64,000 nt of DNA from NCBI GenBank assembly GCA_023205875.1, contig CP060764.1, forward strand, positions 558,001 to 622,000, given 5' to 3'. Of this stretch, positions 20,588-30,770 are shown one piece after another; the stretch's first letter is position 1; each line of letters opens with the position of its first letter. Under the pieces are notes generated by a model. That model saw nothing but the letters and a program-made list of their open reading frames with translations. It was not told where the DNA came from and did not search any database. This DNA is from Chloropicon primus. Taxonomy: Eukaryota. The position numbers and the translations under genes are program-made.

Positions 20588-21295
20588 ATGCGGTTTGGGC
20601 CGAAGAGCGTGGCGAGGGCGAGGGCCCTGTGGAGCTGCGACAGGGCCAAGTGCGCGTGCACCCTGTGCCTCGCGACCTACACGAGCCAAACCACTCCTTT
20701 GTCGTCGTCGTCGTCGTCGTCGTCGTGGGACTTCTTGGAGTGGGCGCGGAGCGGGAACCTCCTCCAAGGCGATGAGGAGGACGCCGTGACCGCGTCGCTG
20801 CCGTCGTACTTTCACGTGTTCGGCGTGGACCCTCGCGAGTTTAGGATCGACCTCGGGGAGCTCGAGTCCAGGTACAAGACCCTGCAGAAGCATCTGCACC
20901 CGGACAAGCTCGGGGCGAAGGGAGGCGAGGAGCTGAGGGATGCGGGGGAGAGGTTCTCTGCCCATGTGAACGAGGCGTACGGGACGTTGAGGAGGCCTTT
21001 GCTGAGGGCGAACTACATGCTTGAGCAGAGGGGGGTCGGCACGGAGGAAGGCTCGACCATGGCCGACTTGGACTTCCTGCAGCAGGTGATGGAGATCAGG
21101 GAGAGGCTCGAGGGGGAAGTCTCGGGAGAGGAGCTGGAGGAGCTGGAGAAGGAGATCAACGCCAAGATAGAGGAACTCGTGGACGAGATCGGCCGGTTGA
21201 TTCAGGACGACGACACCCTGCTCTCGGCGAAGGAGCTGACGGAGAAGCTCAAGTACTTTGAGAACATCAAGAACGAAATCCTGCGGCAAAAATAA
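20588..21295 (+). CDS. HSCB: Fe-S cluster co-chaperone HscB/Jac1
   Basis: J-domain YFHVFG...YKTLQKHLHPDK, VNEAYGTLRRPLLRANYML, FLQQVMEIRE, KLKYF. Confidence 0.9.
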   Translation: MRFGPKSVARARALWSCDRAKCACTLCLATYTSQTTPLSSSSSSSSWDFLEWARSGNLLQGDEEDAVTASLPSYFHVFGVDPREFRIDLGELESRYKTLQKHLHPDKLGAKGGEELRDAGERFSAHVNEAYGTLRRPLLRANYMLEQRGVGTEEGSTMADLDFLQQVMEIRERLEGEVSGEELEELEKEINAKIEELVDEIGRLIQDDDTLLSAKELTEKLKYFENIKNEILRQK

Positions 21296-21385
21296 AGTAT
21301 GTGTACCATGAGAAAACCTCTTTTCTGTCCTTGTTGTTCGTGTGAATAAAATAACGCAAGAGGCAACGCAACGACCTCGCCAGGT

Positions 21386-23170
21386 TCAGCCCTGGCTTGC
21401 CTTGTGATGCTCTTTCGCCATCCTCATGGCGTGCTGGAACCTCTTGATGAGCTCCGTGTTCTCGTTTTCTATCCTGCAACCCTCGAAGTAGGCCTGGGCC
21501 GCCTCCTCCCAGTTCCCGAGCTCCTGCTGAGCCATGCCTTCCCTGTAGTACGCCTTCATGTAGTCCGGCTTGAGCGTTCTCGCGACCACGGCGTCCTCGA
21601 GGGCGGCCTGGAAATTCTTCAGCTGGATCTGGGCGGCGCTCCTGTTCGCAAAGGCGGCGGAGTTGGAGTTGTCGCTCTCGATGGACTGGGTGTACAAGTC
21701 TATGGCCGCAGCAAAGTTCGCTTTCCTGAACTCCCCGTCCGCCTTTGACTTGAGGTCGGCCGCCTTCTCGGAATCCAAGACCTTGATCTCGATGTCAGCC
21801 TTCTTCATCTCGTTGCCCTCGCTGATCTCCTCGATCGTGAAGTCCTTGACGTACCCGTCCTTCTCCTTGGCGTCCTCGATCATCCCGTCCTCCGTCCACT
21901 CCACGCCCGGGATCCTCTCCGTGATCGGCAGGAGCTTCCTCAGAGCATTCCTGCCCTCCATCACGGCGGCGGCGTGAATCGGCTTCAGGTTATCCTTGTC
22001 GACGGCGTTCGCGTTGCCGCCCTTGTTCACCAAGGAGGTGATGAGGGAGGCGTCGTCCATGGAAGCGGCAATGTGCAAGGCGGTTGCGCCGTTCATCGCC
22101 AGGGCATTCGGGTTCGCCCCCGCCTCCAGCAAGAGATTCACGATCCTCTTGTCACCCGCAGCGACGCTGGCGATCAGGGGGGTCACCCCAGACGTGTCCG
22201 GAATCTCCAAATCCACCGTCTGCTGGTCCTTCTTCCTCGCCCCCGCGGCGTTCTTGTCACTGAACTGGAGCAGGTACTTGACGCACCCCTCGTTTCCCGA
22301 TCCGGCGGCGCAGTGCAGCGGGGTACCCAAGTCGCTGCTGGCGTTAACGTCCGCCCCGAACCGCACGAGCTTCTTCAGGGACTCCAGGTCGCCGGACATG
22401 GCGCTTCTGTGGATGGGAAACGACGAGGACGAGGAGCAGAGGTTCGGGTTGGCGCCCGCGGACTCGAGCAGATATGACACGACCTCAGTCTGAGCGCTCG
22501 CCGCGGAGAGGGAGAGGGCCGTCTCCCCCTCCACGTCCTGCGCGTCCACCGGAATGTTGTGGGCCTCGACGAGGTGCTTGCAGAGAACCAAGTTCCCCAG
22601 CTGGGCCGCGAAGTGGAGAGAGTTTTTCTGGTTGCCGTCCCGCACTTGGTCGAGGGGGAAGCCCTTGTCGGCCTCCCCCTCCGAGGCCTCCTTCTGGGCG
22701 GCCACGAGGTCCTCCAGGAGCGAATCGAAGTTCTCCGGAGTGCCCTCCCGCGTCGCCTCGAACAGCTTCTTCACCTTCTCCAACTGAGCAAAGGCCTTTG
22801 CCGCCTCGTTCTGCTTCCCCTTGCGAGTCAGGGACCCCCACGGCTCGTTCTCATCCTGCTTCGTCAAGTGCACCGTCACCTCCCTCGCGTTGGTGTCCAG
22901 CGTCCACGTCGTTTCCGTGTGCCGCACGGGCGCCCACAGCTCCTCGCAATCCACCAGCGTCAGAACTCCCTGCTCCGTCTTGTACCCCACGCGTAACGTA
23001 TTCTCCGTCGTTTGCACGAGCACCTTTGAGGTGGAGCACCTGCTGAGGTCCTCCCCCCTCGGTCCCGCCCGGGGCAAGCTCACGCGGACTTCCGCTTGCT
23101 CCCCATCATCGACGAAGGTGTACCCTTCCCCCTCCGTCGCATTGAACCCTGGCACGCTGTGCAACTCCAT
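21386..23170 (-). CDS. CS-domain / ankyrin-repeat / TPR protein (probable co-chaperone)
   Basis: N-terminal CS-like region (LWAPV..ETTW..VTVHLTK..W), repeated ankyrin motifs (GETALSL, GTPLHCAA, GVTPLIA, GATALHIAA) and C-terminal TPRs (AFANRSAA, KAYYREG). Confidence 0.85.
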   Translation of the reverse strand: MELHSVPGFNATEGEGYTFVDDGEQAEVRVSLPRAGPRGEDLSRCSTSKVLVQTTENTLRVGYKTEQGVLTLVDCEELWAPVRHTETTWTLDTNAREVTVHLTKQDENEPWGSLTRKGKQNEAAKAFAQLEKVKKLFEATREGTPENFDSLLEDLVAAQKEASEGEADKGFPLDQVRDGNQKNSLHFAAQLGNLVLCKHLVEAHNIPVDAQDVEGETALSLSAASAQTEVVSYLLESAGANPNLCSSSSSFPIHRSAMSGDLESLKKLVRFGADVNASSDLGTPLHCAAGSGNEGCVKYLLQFSDKNAAGARKKDQQTVDLEIPDTSGVTPLIASVAAGDKRIVNLLLEAGANPNALAMNGATALHIAASMDDASLITSLVNKGGNANAVDKDNLKPIHAAAVMEGRNALRKLLPITERIPGVEWTEDGMIEDAKEKDGYVKDFTIEEISEGNEMKKADIEIKVLDSEKAADLKSKADGEFRKANFAAAIDLYTQSIESDNSNSAAFANRSAAQIQLKNFQAALEDAVVARTLKPDYMKAYYREGMAQQELGNWEEAAQAYFEGCRIENENTELIKRFQHAMRMAKEHHKASQG

Positions 23171-23485
23171 CTCTCCCTTGGCTCCCTTCTCTCCTCCCCT
23201 TGACACACACACACACACACACACGCACGCAGACACAGACACAGACAGACAGAGACGACACGAAGGTGGTGTTCAGTCGCACAACATCCTCACCCTTGGG
23301 TCATTTCCTTCGAACGACAGCTCATTCGAAAGAAGGAGAGATTTTCATTTCGCCTGCGCCTTCCCTTTTGACCTCTCACGCGCCCTTCGTACCGAACACC
23401 GTCGCCTTACCTTGGTCTCTCCTTGTGGTGCTCGATCCGCCGCCTGCCCTGTGAATAAGAGAGAGAGAGAGGAGAGGAGGAGAAG

Positions 23486-24475
23486 ATGGAGGTTAAGACA
23501 GCGGAGGGGTTCAAGAAGGAGGTGGAGGGAGGGGAGGGGGGTCTTGTTGTGGTGCACTTCTGGGCGCCATGGTGCGAGCCATGCAAGCAGATGGACGAGG
23601 TCCTGGACGTTGTGTGCAAGGAACGGAAAGGGAAAGAGGTGAAGGTGTTGAGGGTGGAGGCGGAGAGGGACGAGCTGGAGGAGGTGACGGAGGCGTACGA
23701 GGTGTCCATGGTGCCGCACTGCGTGTTCATCAAGGAAGGGAAGGTGGTGGACGTCCTCGAGGGGGCGGACCCGAAGGGCCTGTTCGATATGGTGGCGAAG
23801 CACGCGCCCAAGGTGGCCGAGGGCGTCGAGGAGGCGAAGAGCCCGGAGGAGGAGAAGAAAGTTCTCTTCGCGCGTCTGGAGAAGCTCACCAAGGCTGATC
23901 CGGTCGTCCTCTTCATGAAGGGGAGCCCGCAAGAGCCTCGGTGCGGGTTCAGCAAGAAGGCTGTCGCCATGCTGGAGAAGGTGGGAGCAAAGTTTGGTCA
24001 CTTCGACATCCTCTCGGACGAGAGCGTCAGGCAGGGCCTCAAGGAGTACTCCAATTGGCCGACGTACCCGCAGCTGTACGTCAAGGGCGAGCTCCTGGGC
24101 GGTTATGACATCATGCAGGAGATGGACGAGAGCGGCGAGCTCGAGAAGGAGGTCGTCCTGAAGGAGGAGACGATCGAGGAGAGGCTCCAGGGCCTCATTG
24201 ATTCGGCCCCTGTGATGCTGTTCATGAAAGGGAACCGGGAGGAGCCGAGGTGCGGGTTCAGCTCCAAGGTGGTCAAGGCTCTGGACGACTGCATCGGGGG
24301 AGACGCCTACAAGACTTTTGACATTCTGCAAGACCAAGTCGTCCGGCAGGAGCTCAAGACTTTCTCCAACTGGCCGACGTATCCGCAGCTCTACGTCAAG
24401 GGCGAGCTCATCGGGGGCTGCGATATCATCCTGGAGATGTCTGAGAGCGGGGAGCTGAAAGAGGCCCTGATCTGA
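23486..24475 (+). CDS. GRXS17: Multidomain monothiol glutaredoxin (thioredoxin domain + 2 CGFS Grx domains; GRXS17/Grx3-PICOT-like)
   Basis: HFWAPWCEPC thioredoxin domain; two copies of FMKG...PRCGFS...SNWPTYPQLYVKGEL.GG.DI. Confidence 0.92.
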   Translation: MEVKTAEGFKKEVEGGEGGLVVVHFWAPWCEPCKQMDEVLDVVCKERKGKEVKVLRVEAERDELEEVTEAYEVSMVPHCVFIKEGKVVDVLEGADPKGLFDMVAKHAPKVAEGVEEAKSPEEEKKVLFARLEKLTKADPVVLFMKGSPQEPRCGFSKKAVAMLEKVGAKFGHFDILSDESVRQGLKEYSNWPTYPQLYVKGELLGGYDIMQEMDESGELEKEVVLKEETIEERLQGLIDSAPVMLFMKGNREEPRCGFSSKVVKALDDCIGGDAYKTFDILQDQVVRQELKTFSNWPTYPQLYVKGELIGGCDIILEMSESGELKEALI

Positions 24476-24574
24476 GTGCTCGGGACCTTGATCGATCGGG
24501 AAGCGCGGGGCTTCCCCTGACCACCATATGAATTTATCCAATACAATTTTAACTACTCGTGTGTTTTCTCACAA

Positions 24575-27568
24575 TTACAAGCGTCTTCCCGGGCCGCCCT
24601 GCGTTAGCTGAAAGGGAGCTGGAGGCTGTGGAGTCCCCCCTTGCGTGGAAACTTGGTCGCTCAGGGACATCAGGAGGTCGACCATGAGGGAAAGCTTCTT
24701 CGTCATGCTTCGCGACAGCTCCTTGACCTGCTGGTCCACGAGATCTATCCTATTCTCCACCTTTGTCAAGTCGACGTTGGCCACGGCGGGACCACCCCCC
24801 AGGTTGAGACTCTTCGCCCTGTAAGAGAGCTCCTCCTCTTCCGTCTTCTCTATCTCGGCCGAGATTTCGGCCTCCTTCTTCGCAAGCTGCTTCAGAATCG
24901 TGGTCATCTCCGCCTTGTCCAAGACCCCGTCCGCGTTCACGTCGTACTTGGCGAGAAGCTCCATCGGACCCTCAGTCTCCAGGAGAAGGAGAGCCTTGGG
25001 GTAGTCCTTGAGGGCCTCCTTGAGCTCCTCGATGTCCACGAGGTCGTCCTGATTCTTGTCCGACAGCTTCAGGTCGCTTACCAGCTGGCTGACCTTGTTC
25101 TTCTGCCCAACCAGCTTGGAGAGCATGTTGCCCGCCTGCTTGGCCAAGTTGGAGTAAAAGTGGAGGTCCTCCTCGGTCTCCTCCTCCTTGACCTCGGCGT
25201 AAGCGTCCGTGATAATGGCCAAGAACATGTTCAACAAGATCATGAACACGAAGGTGACGAACAAGTAGAACAGGAGCGGAGCCATGATGCTGTTGGTGTC
25301 CGCCATCGCTTGGTAGTCGAAGTCTCCGAGCAAGAGCCTCATCAAAGCACCGAACGAGTCGCCCAAGGTCTTGAACTCCGCGAGCTGCATTCCGAAGCAG
25401 ACGTAGAACGCCGCCGTGAATCCAAAGATCACAATGCAAGCCATCACCATGAAGAAGAAGATGTCGGTCACGCACCTCGTCACCGTGCCGATGATCGAGT
25501 TCATCCTTGGCACCTCCGTCATGAACTTGAAGATCTTGAAGTACAGGAGGAAAAAGTTGACGGCAGAGACGTTCAGCTCCGAGACCGCAAACCAACCAAT
25601 CGGAGGGAAGTCGATGTAGTTGATGTTCAAAGCCTCGAAGTCGAACCTTGACAGAATCAGGTACGTCGAGAGCTTCAGCCCAATCACGCAGTACAGGATG
25701 ATCAAGTTCAGCCAGTCCAAGTAGTTCCAAGGATCCTTGAAGTAAGCCCACCCACCGGCCTTGATCTCCAGGATCTCCAAGAGCGTGTACCAAACGATGA
25801 AAGCCACGAAGGCCATCTGCAGGACCAGGATCACCATTCCCGTCGTCCCGAAATAAATGAAAATCTTGAAGGTGTCTATCTGCACGCTCTCGTGGACGAG
25901 ACCGAAGCTTGGGAACTCGACCATGTACCTCACGTTCGACACGAGGTTCGTCTCGGCGTTCAGCAACGAAAAGTCGTAGATCACGGCCCTCGTCTTGTCA
26001 TCGATCCAAGCGTTCTTCTGCAGGTCCCCGACCTGGTCCAAGTACAGCTCCTTCGCGGAGCACTTTTGGTTGCAGGTGCTGTCGATCTGCGACGAGCACG
26101 CGCAGTTACCACACTTGGACTCGTCCATGAACTTGAGGAACATCTGCAAGGAGACGTAGGGGAGCCTGCACTGGTTCGTGGTGTCCCTGACCATCTGGCA
26201 CTTGGGCAAGTGCTCCTGAAGGCCAGAGGGGATCTCGGCCTTGATGTTCGCGTGAGGAATGTTCACGCAGCCCTCTAAGGGGTCGTTCTGGGCCTGGAGG
26301 AGCTTCCTCAAGTTGTACGTGCCGTGCCCGTCCCCGTACTTGTTGCTCATCAACCGCCTCGATGAGGGCGCAGGCGCAGGGGCCGTCGAAGCCTTGTTGT
26401 AGATCAGGCTGAAGGTCACAGTCGCCTTGACGTTGGGGAAAGCCTTGTCCTTGTAAACCACCTCGATGGGCGACCTTGGGTCCATCGTGGCCTGGCCCTC
26501 CGCCGCGGTCGAGAAAAAGGCGCCAGACACGATGTTGATCTGCTGCTGACTGAAGTCGTTTGGCGTAATCGCCCCGCTGCTCGTCCCGATCTGAAGCCAG
26601 TCCGGAACGACCCCGAACTTGGCCAGGCTCGCCTGGTCGATCTCCCAGTTGGACGAAACAGCCCCGTTGTTGATCAGGCGGAAGCTAAAGGTGTGGGTGT
26701 CCGAAGCGTCTGTGATCTCGAACGCCTTGTTGATGCTGAAGGTGTTGTCCCCGGCCACGCCGCCCGTGACCTCCGCGAGCAAAAGTACGGGCGAGTCCAC
26801 AGAAGTCATCGGTGGTGGCGGTGGTGGTGGCGGTGGCGCCACCGGTGCGACTGGGACCACGTCCGCTGGCACGTCGAACTTGTCCACGCAGGCCTTGAGG
26901 GACTGAATCACAACGGAGGAGCACCTTTCCAGCTCCTGTGCAAAGTGGTTGGGGGTCAAGTTCGGAAGAACGTCCAGCGCGAACCCGTCCTGTGAGTACC
27001 TCCCGTATTTCCCGCTCACCTTGTACAACTTGGTCGTGTTGAGCTTGTCTATCGACTGGTACTCAAATGGTCTAGTGAAGTTCTGAAGTCCAATGTAAGC
27101 GTTGCTCCCCGGGATGTGGATCGGTATCGTCTCCTTGGTGTCACTGGAGTAGTCCTGCGCGCAGAATATCTCTTGGTTGTACACCTCCTTGAGGTACGAA
27201 GGAACCTCGCAATTCGCGAGTTTGCTCCTGACCTGTCGTAGCCTCGGCGCCGACAGGATCCTCCCCCTGCCGCTCAAAAAGAGCCTGTCGATCTGGCTCA
27301 TGTAGTTCCCGTCGGCGTTCTGCTGGGGAAACAAAGTGTCCGCGTAGTGCCCTTGCAGCAGCGAGTACACCTTGTCCAGCGTGTCGCTCTCGTCTCCCTC
27401 TCCCGGCGAGAAAGTGTTCGAGTGCATCGTGTTGATCTCATACTGCACCGAGGAAGGCTTGCTGATAAATGTCACGACGGAAAACAGTATGACGAAAATC
27501 ACGTAGGTGATGAAGGCCCTGAACTCCTTGTTTCGGAGGGCCCCCTTTACGTTCTCTTCCATTGACAT
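24575..27568 (-). CDS. Polycystin-2 (PKD2/TRPP)-like cation channel with EF-hands and a coiled coil
   Basis: TM1 followed by a large loop (APRLRQVR, WIDDKTRAVIYDFSLLN), YFKDPWNYLDW, pore LMRLLLGDFDY, ILLNMFLAIITDAY; EF-hand loops DKNQDDLVDIEE and DVNADGVLDKAE. Start uncertain. Confidence 0.88.
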   Translation of the reverse strand: MSMEENVKGALRNKEFRAFITYVIFVILFSVVTFISKPSSVQYEINTMHSNTFSPGEGDESDTLDKVYSLLQGHYADTLFPQQNADGNYMSQIDRLFLSGRGRILSAPRLRQVRSKLANCEVPSYLKEVYNQEIFCAQDYSSDTKETIPIHIPGSNAYIGLQNFTRPFEYQSIDKLNTTKLYKVSGKYGRYSQDGFALDVLPNLTPNHFAQELERCSSVVIQSLKACVDKFDVPADVVPVAPVAPPPPPPPPPMTSVDSPVLLLAEVTGGVAGDNTFSINKAFEITDASDTHTFSFRLINNGAVSSNWEIDQASLAKFGVVPDWLQIGTSSGAITPNDFSQQQINIVSGAFFSTAAEGQATMDPRSPIEVVYKDKAFPNVKATVTFSLIYNKASTAPAPAPSSRRLMSNKYGDGHGTYNLRKLLQAQNDPLEGCVNIPHANIKAEIPSGLQEHLPKCQMVRDTTNQCRLPYVSLQMFLKFMDESKCGNCACSSQIDSTCNQKCSAKELYLDQVGDLQKNAWIDDKTRAVIYDFSLLNAETNLVSNVRYMVEFPSFGLVHESVQIDTFKIFIYFGTTGMVILVLQMAFVAFIVWYTLLEILEIKAGGWAYFKDPWNYLDWLNLIILYCVIGLKLSTYLILSRFDFEALNINYIDFPPIGWFAVSELNVSAVNFFLLYFKIFKFMTEVPRMNSIIGTVTRCVTDIFFFMVMACIVIFGFTAAFYVCFGMQLAEFKTLGDSFGALMRLLLGDFDYQAMADTNSIMAPLLFYLFVTFVFMILLNMFLAIITDAYAEVKEEETEEDLHFYSNLAKQAGNMLSKLVGQKNKVSQLVSDLKLSDKNQDDLVDIEELKEALKDYPKALLLLETEGPMELLAKYDVNADGVLDKAEMTTILKQLAKKEAEISAEIEKTEEEELSYRAKSLNLGGGPAVANVDLTKVENRIDLVDQQVKELSRSMTKKLSLMVDLLMSLSDQVSTQGGTPQPPAPFQLTQGGPGRRL

Positions 27569-28414
27569 GTTGCCTCCTCTGTCACCGCCTGCCAAAGGCA
27601 ACGCTGTCTATCTATCTACAAATACACCTCAACACCAAGGTTGGTTTGCAACCAGCCTGGGCTCTCGTCTTCGTCTGACCAGTTCTTCTTCCTCTACCAG
27701 GCAAAGGTCTCGGTCCTCCCTCCCAAGGGTCTCGGCATTTGTCTTCCTCTCCAAACCTCTCTTGTATCTCAAAATAGCTGGACCCTCAGTGGCCAGTGTC
27801 TCCAAATCCCCCACCCACCTGACCTCTCTTGTTGATCCGAGGCAGCCGCCTGCCCTTCCAAGGTCAAGGTCCTCCCCTTGCCTCACTGCCTTCACTGCCT
27901 CTCCAGGTCTTGCCTCTTCCAAGGTGCTGCCTTGGTGGGTCACCTCCTCCGTTCGTCGTACAACGAACTGAACTTCAAATGTCCTTGGGGCCCGTTGGGA
28001 GGAGATGGTTTGAAATGGTAAGGTTTAGCATTCATGGAGAGACGGAGACGCGAGGACGCGGCAGGATCCTTTGACCTGACAATCAAAAGTGTACCACTAC
28101 GAAAGGACGGAGCGAGCGGAGAGTGTACCACCACGAGGACGCATTGGCCTTATCATGGATGCAGGAGATCTTTCCCTCTCGAGAGTCCAAGAAGATCATC
28201 TGAACCATCGGGCACTATCGGCACTGGGCAATCAATCGACTCGAGGAGGAGGAGGAAGACAACCTCGTGTGGATCATTGCGTGCGTCAGTGTGCGTGCGT
28301 GCGTGTGTGTGTGTAGGGGGACTCCCGAGGGCTGCGGTGCGGAGATGATATGAGTATTACAACAGTCGGTCCTGCTCGCATAATAAATGATGGTGCCCCT
28401 GCATTCGAGAACTC

Positions 28415-30259
28415 CTAACCCTCTTCTTCTTCTTCTTCCGCGCGTGGAGGAGGAGGAGGTTGGCTCGTCGAATCCACGCTCACCCAAGGCAGCAGAGACT
28501 GCAGGAGGATCGACAGGGTGTTTCCCTCTCGGAGCTCGTCCCCGCCGAGCTGCACGGTCTGCTGCAGGCCGGGTTGCTGCATCGCTTGCTGCTCCTGCTG
28601 AGCACCAGGGCCCCCCATCTGGAGCAACTCCTGCGGGATCTGAGCAGGGCCCATCTGATCCTCTGGAATGATGTGCCTGTACATGTTGACCTCGCTGGGG
28701 GGCCAGATCTCCTTCTGGAGGGCGCGCCAGTCCGCTGCCATCCCGTCCGCGTCCTCCGCCTCCACCACCTCCTTTGCGACGCTCAGCATCCACGTCTGGA
28801 TCTCGGTGTCCTTCCAAAGCTCGTACTGCTTTTCCACGAAGAGGCGGACCAGGTGGTCGAGCGAGGCATTGTTACCAGAGGAAGAATTCTTGAAGAGGGG
28901 CTTCTGCAGCACCGGTTCCCACGAGGCCATCGTGATCATGCCTTTGTCGCTGAGTTTCTTCAGGAGCTTCGCCAGGCCAAAGGGGTACGTTTGGATCGCC
29001 TGGGACAAGAGCTCCGCCGACGTCGTCTCCGCCAATGCCGTATCCTTTTCTCCGTCGTCGCGGTCCGGGTCTCTCTCGTGGTACCACTTGGCCATCGCCA
29101 CTGAGTACAGAAAGTTTGGGTACAAGGACAGGTTCTTCTCGCCGTTCTCGTATTCGGAGACCATCCGAAACAGAAACGGGTATTCTCTCGCCCGGATGGA
29201 GTGAAAGTCGATGCAGAACAGGACTCCCATCGGATCGCTCTTGTCAAAACTGAGGAGGAGCTTGCTGAACTCCAAGGCCGCGCGATGGCACCCTCTCCTC
29301 GACAGGGAGCCGATGTACCTGAACAGAACCTGAAACATCATCTGGTTCTCCTCAACTTTGTAGCTCAGCCTAAGGCTGCCCTTTGTGACGTCAAACCACG
29401 GGTGAAACGCGCTCTCCAGGCAAAAGATGCACCTCTCGAGGAACGAGTCTGCGGTGGCGAAGTCCCCCGTGTGCGAGTAAATGTAGAAAAGACTCAGAAG
29501 AGTGTCCAAGTGGTAGGGGTTCTTCCTCAGGAACTCCACCAGGTTGTTGGGATCGTGCGTGGCGGCGATCGCATCGAACTTCCGCTGGAGATCCCTGTAG
29601 TCCTGCGACCAAGTGTACTCGAAGTCCAAGCCTCCGTCCGAAGAATTTCCCGTGTGAGCCATGCCCAGACCGCTGTCTGGCTTCCGCCAGTTCGCTGGTG
29701 GCTCGAACAGCTTGTTCTTGTTGATCCTCCGCAGTCTGTGTTGCCTCGTGGCCCTCTCCCTGCTCGCGCTGAAGGCTCCGGAGCCGAATATCCGCCTCAT
29801 CTCCCTCTCGGGCGACAGGAAGTTCGCCTCGATCGTCAGGAGGTCATGTGCCTCGGCAACTCGACGAGTTGACGTCGATGCTCTCTCTGTGACCTCGCTG
29901 CCTCCGAACTCTGAGATCAGAGCGTCTATGTCTTCTTCCTCCTCTCCATCCTCCTCGTCTTTGGCCTTCCCCTTGGTCTTCTTCCCCTTGGTCTTCTTCT
30001 TCTTCTTCTTCTTCTCGCTCTTCTTCCCCTGCTTCGTGGAGTCGACGTCCCGAGCTTTGGCCTCCTCCTCCTCCTCCTCCTGACTCTCACTCTCGGCTTC
30101 GTCATCCCCGCTATTCGACAAGAGGGCGAAGGCCGACGACGCCATCCCGGAACCCGAGAAACCAATGGGCTCCTCCTCCTCGCTCTCGCTCTCGCTCTCC
30201 TCCCCCCTCAACGCTGCCTCCCGCTCCTCCTGCAACCTCCTCAAGTGCCTGGACGCCAT
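28415..30259 (-). CDS. TCF25: TCF25/Rqc1 ribosome-quality-control protein
   Basis: MASRHLRRLQ, EMRRIFGS, HDPNNL...PYHLDTLL, RRGCHRAALEFSKLLLSFD.SDPMG, LYPNFLYSVA. Confidence 0.88.
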   Translation of the reverse strand: MASRHLRRLQEEREAALRGEESESESEEEEPIGFSGSGMASSAFALLSNSGDDEAESESQEEEEEEAKARDVDSTKQGKKSEKKKKKKKTKGKKTKGKAKDEEDGEEEEDIDALISEFGGSEVTERASTSTRRVAEAHDLLTIEANFLSPEREMRRIFGSGAFSASRERATRQHRLRRINKNKLFEPPANWRKPDSGLGMAHTGNSSDGGLDFEYTWSQDYRDLQRKFDAIAATHDPNNLVEFLRKNPYHLDTLLSLFYIYSHTGDFATADSFLERCIFCLESAFHPWFDVTKGSLRLSYKVEENQMMFQVLFRYIGSLSRRGCHRAALEFSKLLLSFDKSDPMGVLFCIDFHSIRAREYPFLFRMVSEYENGEKNLSLYPNFLYSVAMAKWYHERDPDRDDGEKDTALAETTSAELLSQAIQTYPFGLAKLLKKLSDKGMITMASWEPVLQKPLFKNSSSGNNASLDHLVRLFVEKQYELWKDTEIQTWMLSVAKEVVEAEDADGMAADWRALQKEIWPPSEVNMYRHIIPEDQMGPAQIPQELLQMGGPGAQQEQQAMQQPGLQQTVQLGGDELREGNTLSILLQSLLPWVSVDSTSQPPPPPRAEEEEEEG

Positions 30260-30281
30260 CTTCCACACCACTATAACCGAC

Positions 30282-30540
30282 CCTTCCCTCCCCTGCTCCC
30301 GATCGATCGATGCCGATGGCCGAGGCTCCTCCTCGCTCCTCGGTTGACACCTATAACCCCAATCCCTATCGTCGTGTTTGACAAAAACGCGTCAGTGGAA
30401 AGTTCGTGAGACGAAGCTTCGCCCTCGATCACCACACCCCCTCCCCCCCTCCCTCCCTCGCGAACAGACCTCCTTCCCTCCCCCTGCTCCCGATCGATCG
30501 ATGCCGATGGCCGAGGCTCCTCCTCGCTCCTCGGTTGACA
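30282..30540. repeat. Direct repeat of 68/69 bp (30282-30349 and 30472-30540) in the divergent intergenic region
   Basis: CCTTCCCTCCCC(C)TGCTCCCGATCGATCGATGCCGATGGCCGAGGCTCCTCCTCGCTCCTCGGTTGACA occurs twice, differing by one C. Confidence 0.93.
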
Positions 30541-30770
30541 GCTGATCCCGTGGACAAGTTCTCGTCCAGGACCAGCACCAAGGTGGTCAACAGGTGGAGC
30601 TTAAGGGCGCGCTGCTGGAGGCGGGGGACGAGAGAGAGAGAGAGAAGGGTCGAAGAGGACTACTGAAGGAATCTTCATGGCTTTCCATTGATCAAGGTTC
30701 TTTGGTGGAGAACATGTCCTGAGGTGAAGGATTTTGAGACTCGAAAGTGTCTAGGAAGGCGTTTGGCAGG

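Noticed and set aside
27629..27943. 104-aa ORF upstream of the PKD2-like gene as a separate gene or extra exon
   Set aside because: Non-ATG start, weak codon bias, no motif, and no plausible intron linking it to the channel ORF
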